64,000 nt of DNA, taken from an uncultured Actinomycetota bacterium. Its GTDB lineage: Bacteria > Actinomycetota > Actinomycetes > Mycobacteriales > SCTD01. Position 1 is the first letter of the stretch. Every line of letters begins with the position of its first letter. The position numbers and the translations under genes were made by a program. Location: contig CAWFHF010000008.1 of NCBI GenBank assembly GCA_963815615.1, forward strand, positions 8,766 to 72,765, written 5' to 3'. The notes under the pieces are model-generated. The model saw nothing but the letters and a program-made list of their open reading frames with translations. It was not told the origin of the DNA and did not search any database. Of the stretch, positions 63,795-64,000 are shown piece after piece.

Positions 63795-64000
63795 GTGGCC
63801 GAGAGCAGGAGCACCGTCCTCGTGGCGCTCGGCGCCAACCTGGGCATCGCCGTCGCCAAGGGTGTCGCGGGACTGCTCAGCGGCAGCTCGGCGATGCTCG
63901 CGGAGGCGGCGCACTCGACGGCCGACACCGTCAACCAGCTGTTCCTGCTGGCCGCCCTGCGGCGGGGGGCCAAGCCGGCCGACGCGACCCACCCGTTCGG
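63795..64000 (+). CDS. cation diffusion facilitator (CDF) transporter, 5' fragment running off the window
   Basis: GTG 63795 (AGGAG 5 nt upstream). VAESRSTVLVALGANLGIAVAKGVAGLLSGSSAMLAEAAHSTADTVNQ = CDF TM1-TM2 with the HSxxD site. Confidence 0.75.
   Translation, partial: MAESRSTVLVALGANLGIAVAKGVAGLLSGSSAMLAEAAHSTADTVNQLFLLAALRRGAKPADATHPF

Overview
Very GC-rich DNA (by eye well above 70% G+C, with codon third positions almost all G/C). It is densely coding on both strands, and the gene content is typical of an actinobacterial chromosome: mycothiol mshB, a DUF222-HNH protein, DUF4394, VanW, a P450, and partner-switching GAF/PP2C regulators. I found no rRNA, tRNA, CRISPR array, transposase or integrase.

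Recognisable genes:
- Housekeeping: cysS, typA/bipA, pdxY, an ftsH-like protease, mshB, an M20 dipeptidase, an amidase.
- Transporters: BenE, an APC permease, a CPA1 antiporter, a CDF transporter, an MscL-like protein.
- Signalling: a cheW-mcp-cheA-REC/GAF cluster; a CHASE3 hybrid histidine kinase; a class III adenylate cyclase; a roughly 1100-aa HATPase-GAF-PP2C protein flanked by universal stress protein and hemerythrin genes.
- Secreted proteins: two tandem DUF4394/Calx-beta paralogues, an S8 protease, and a DUF6351/tannase-like hydrolase.

The dominant global observation is that several dozen single-base frame changes break otherwise well-conserved genes. Most behave as one extra base. They are strongly clustered (about 1-12.9 kb, 28.5-46.2 kb, and isolated ones at about 18.77, 56.8 and 61.8 kb), while long stretches (12.9-28.4 kb and 46.2-56.8 kb) are almost or completely clean. 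Because an essential-type gene (cysS) is affected, assembly indel error is the leading explanation. I therefore label broken genes as pseudogenes only in the descriptive sense.

The best candidate for an undescribed system is a five-gene, translationally coupled operon at 33524-37617. It encodes a WXG-like helical protein, an EspG-like protein, a membrane-anchored alpha/beta hydrolase, a lipoprotein and an ATP-grasp enzyme, with no type VII secretion core genes in the window. Second is the adaptation-less chemosensory pathway at 9548-15005, with a membrane-embedded MCP and a REC-GAF output. All family names come from motif recognition by eye; no database search was run.
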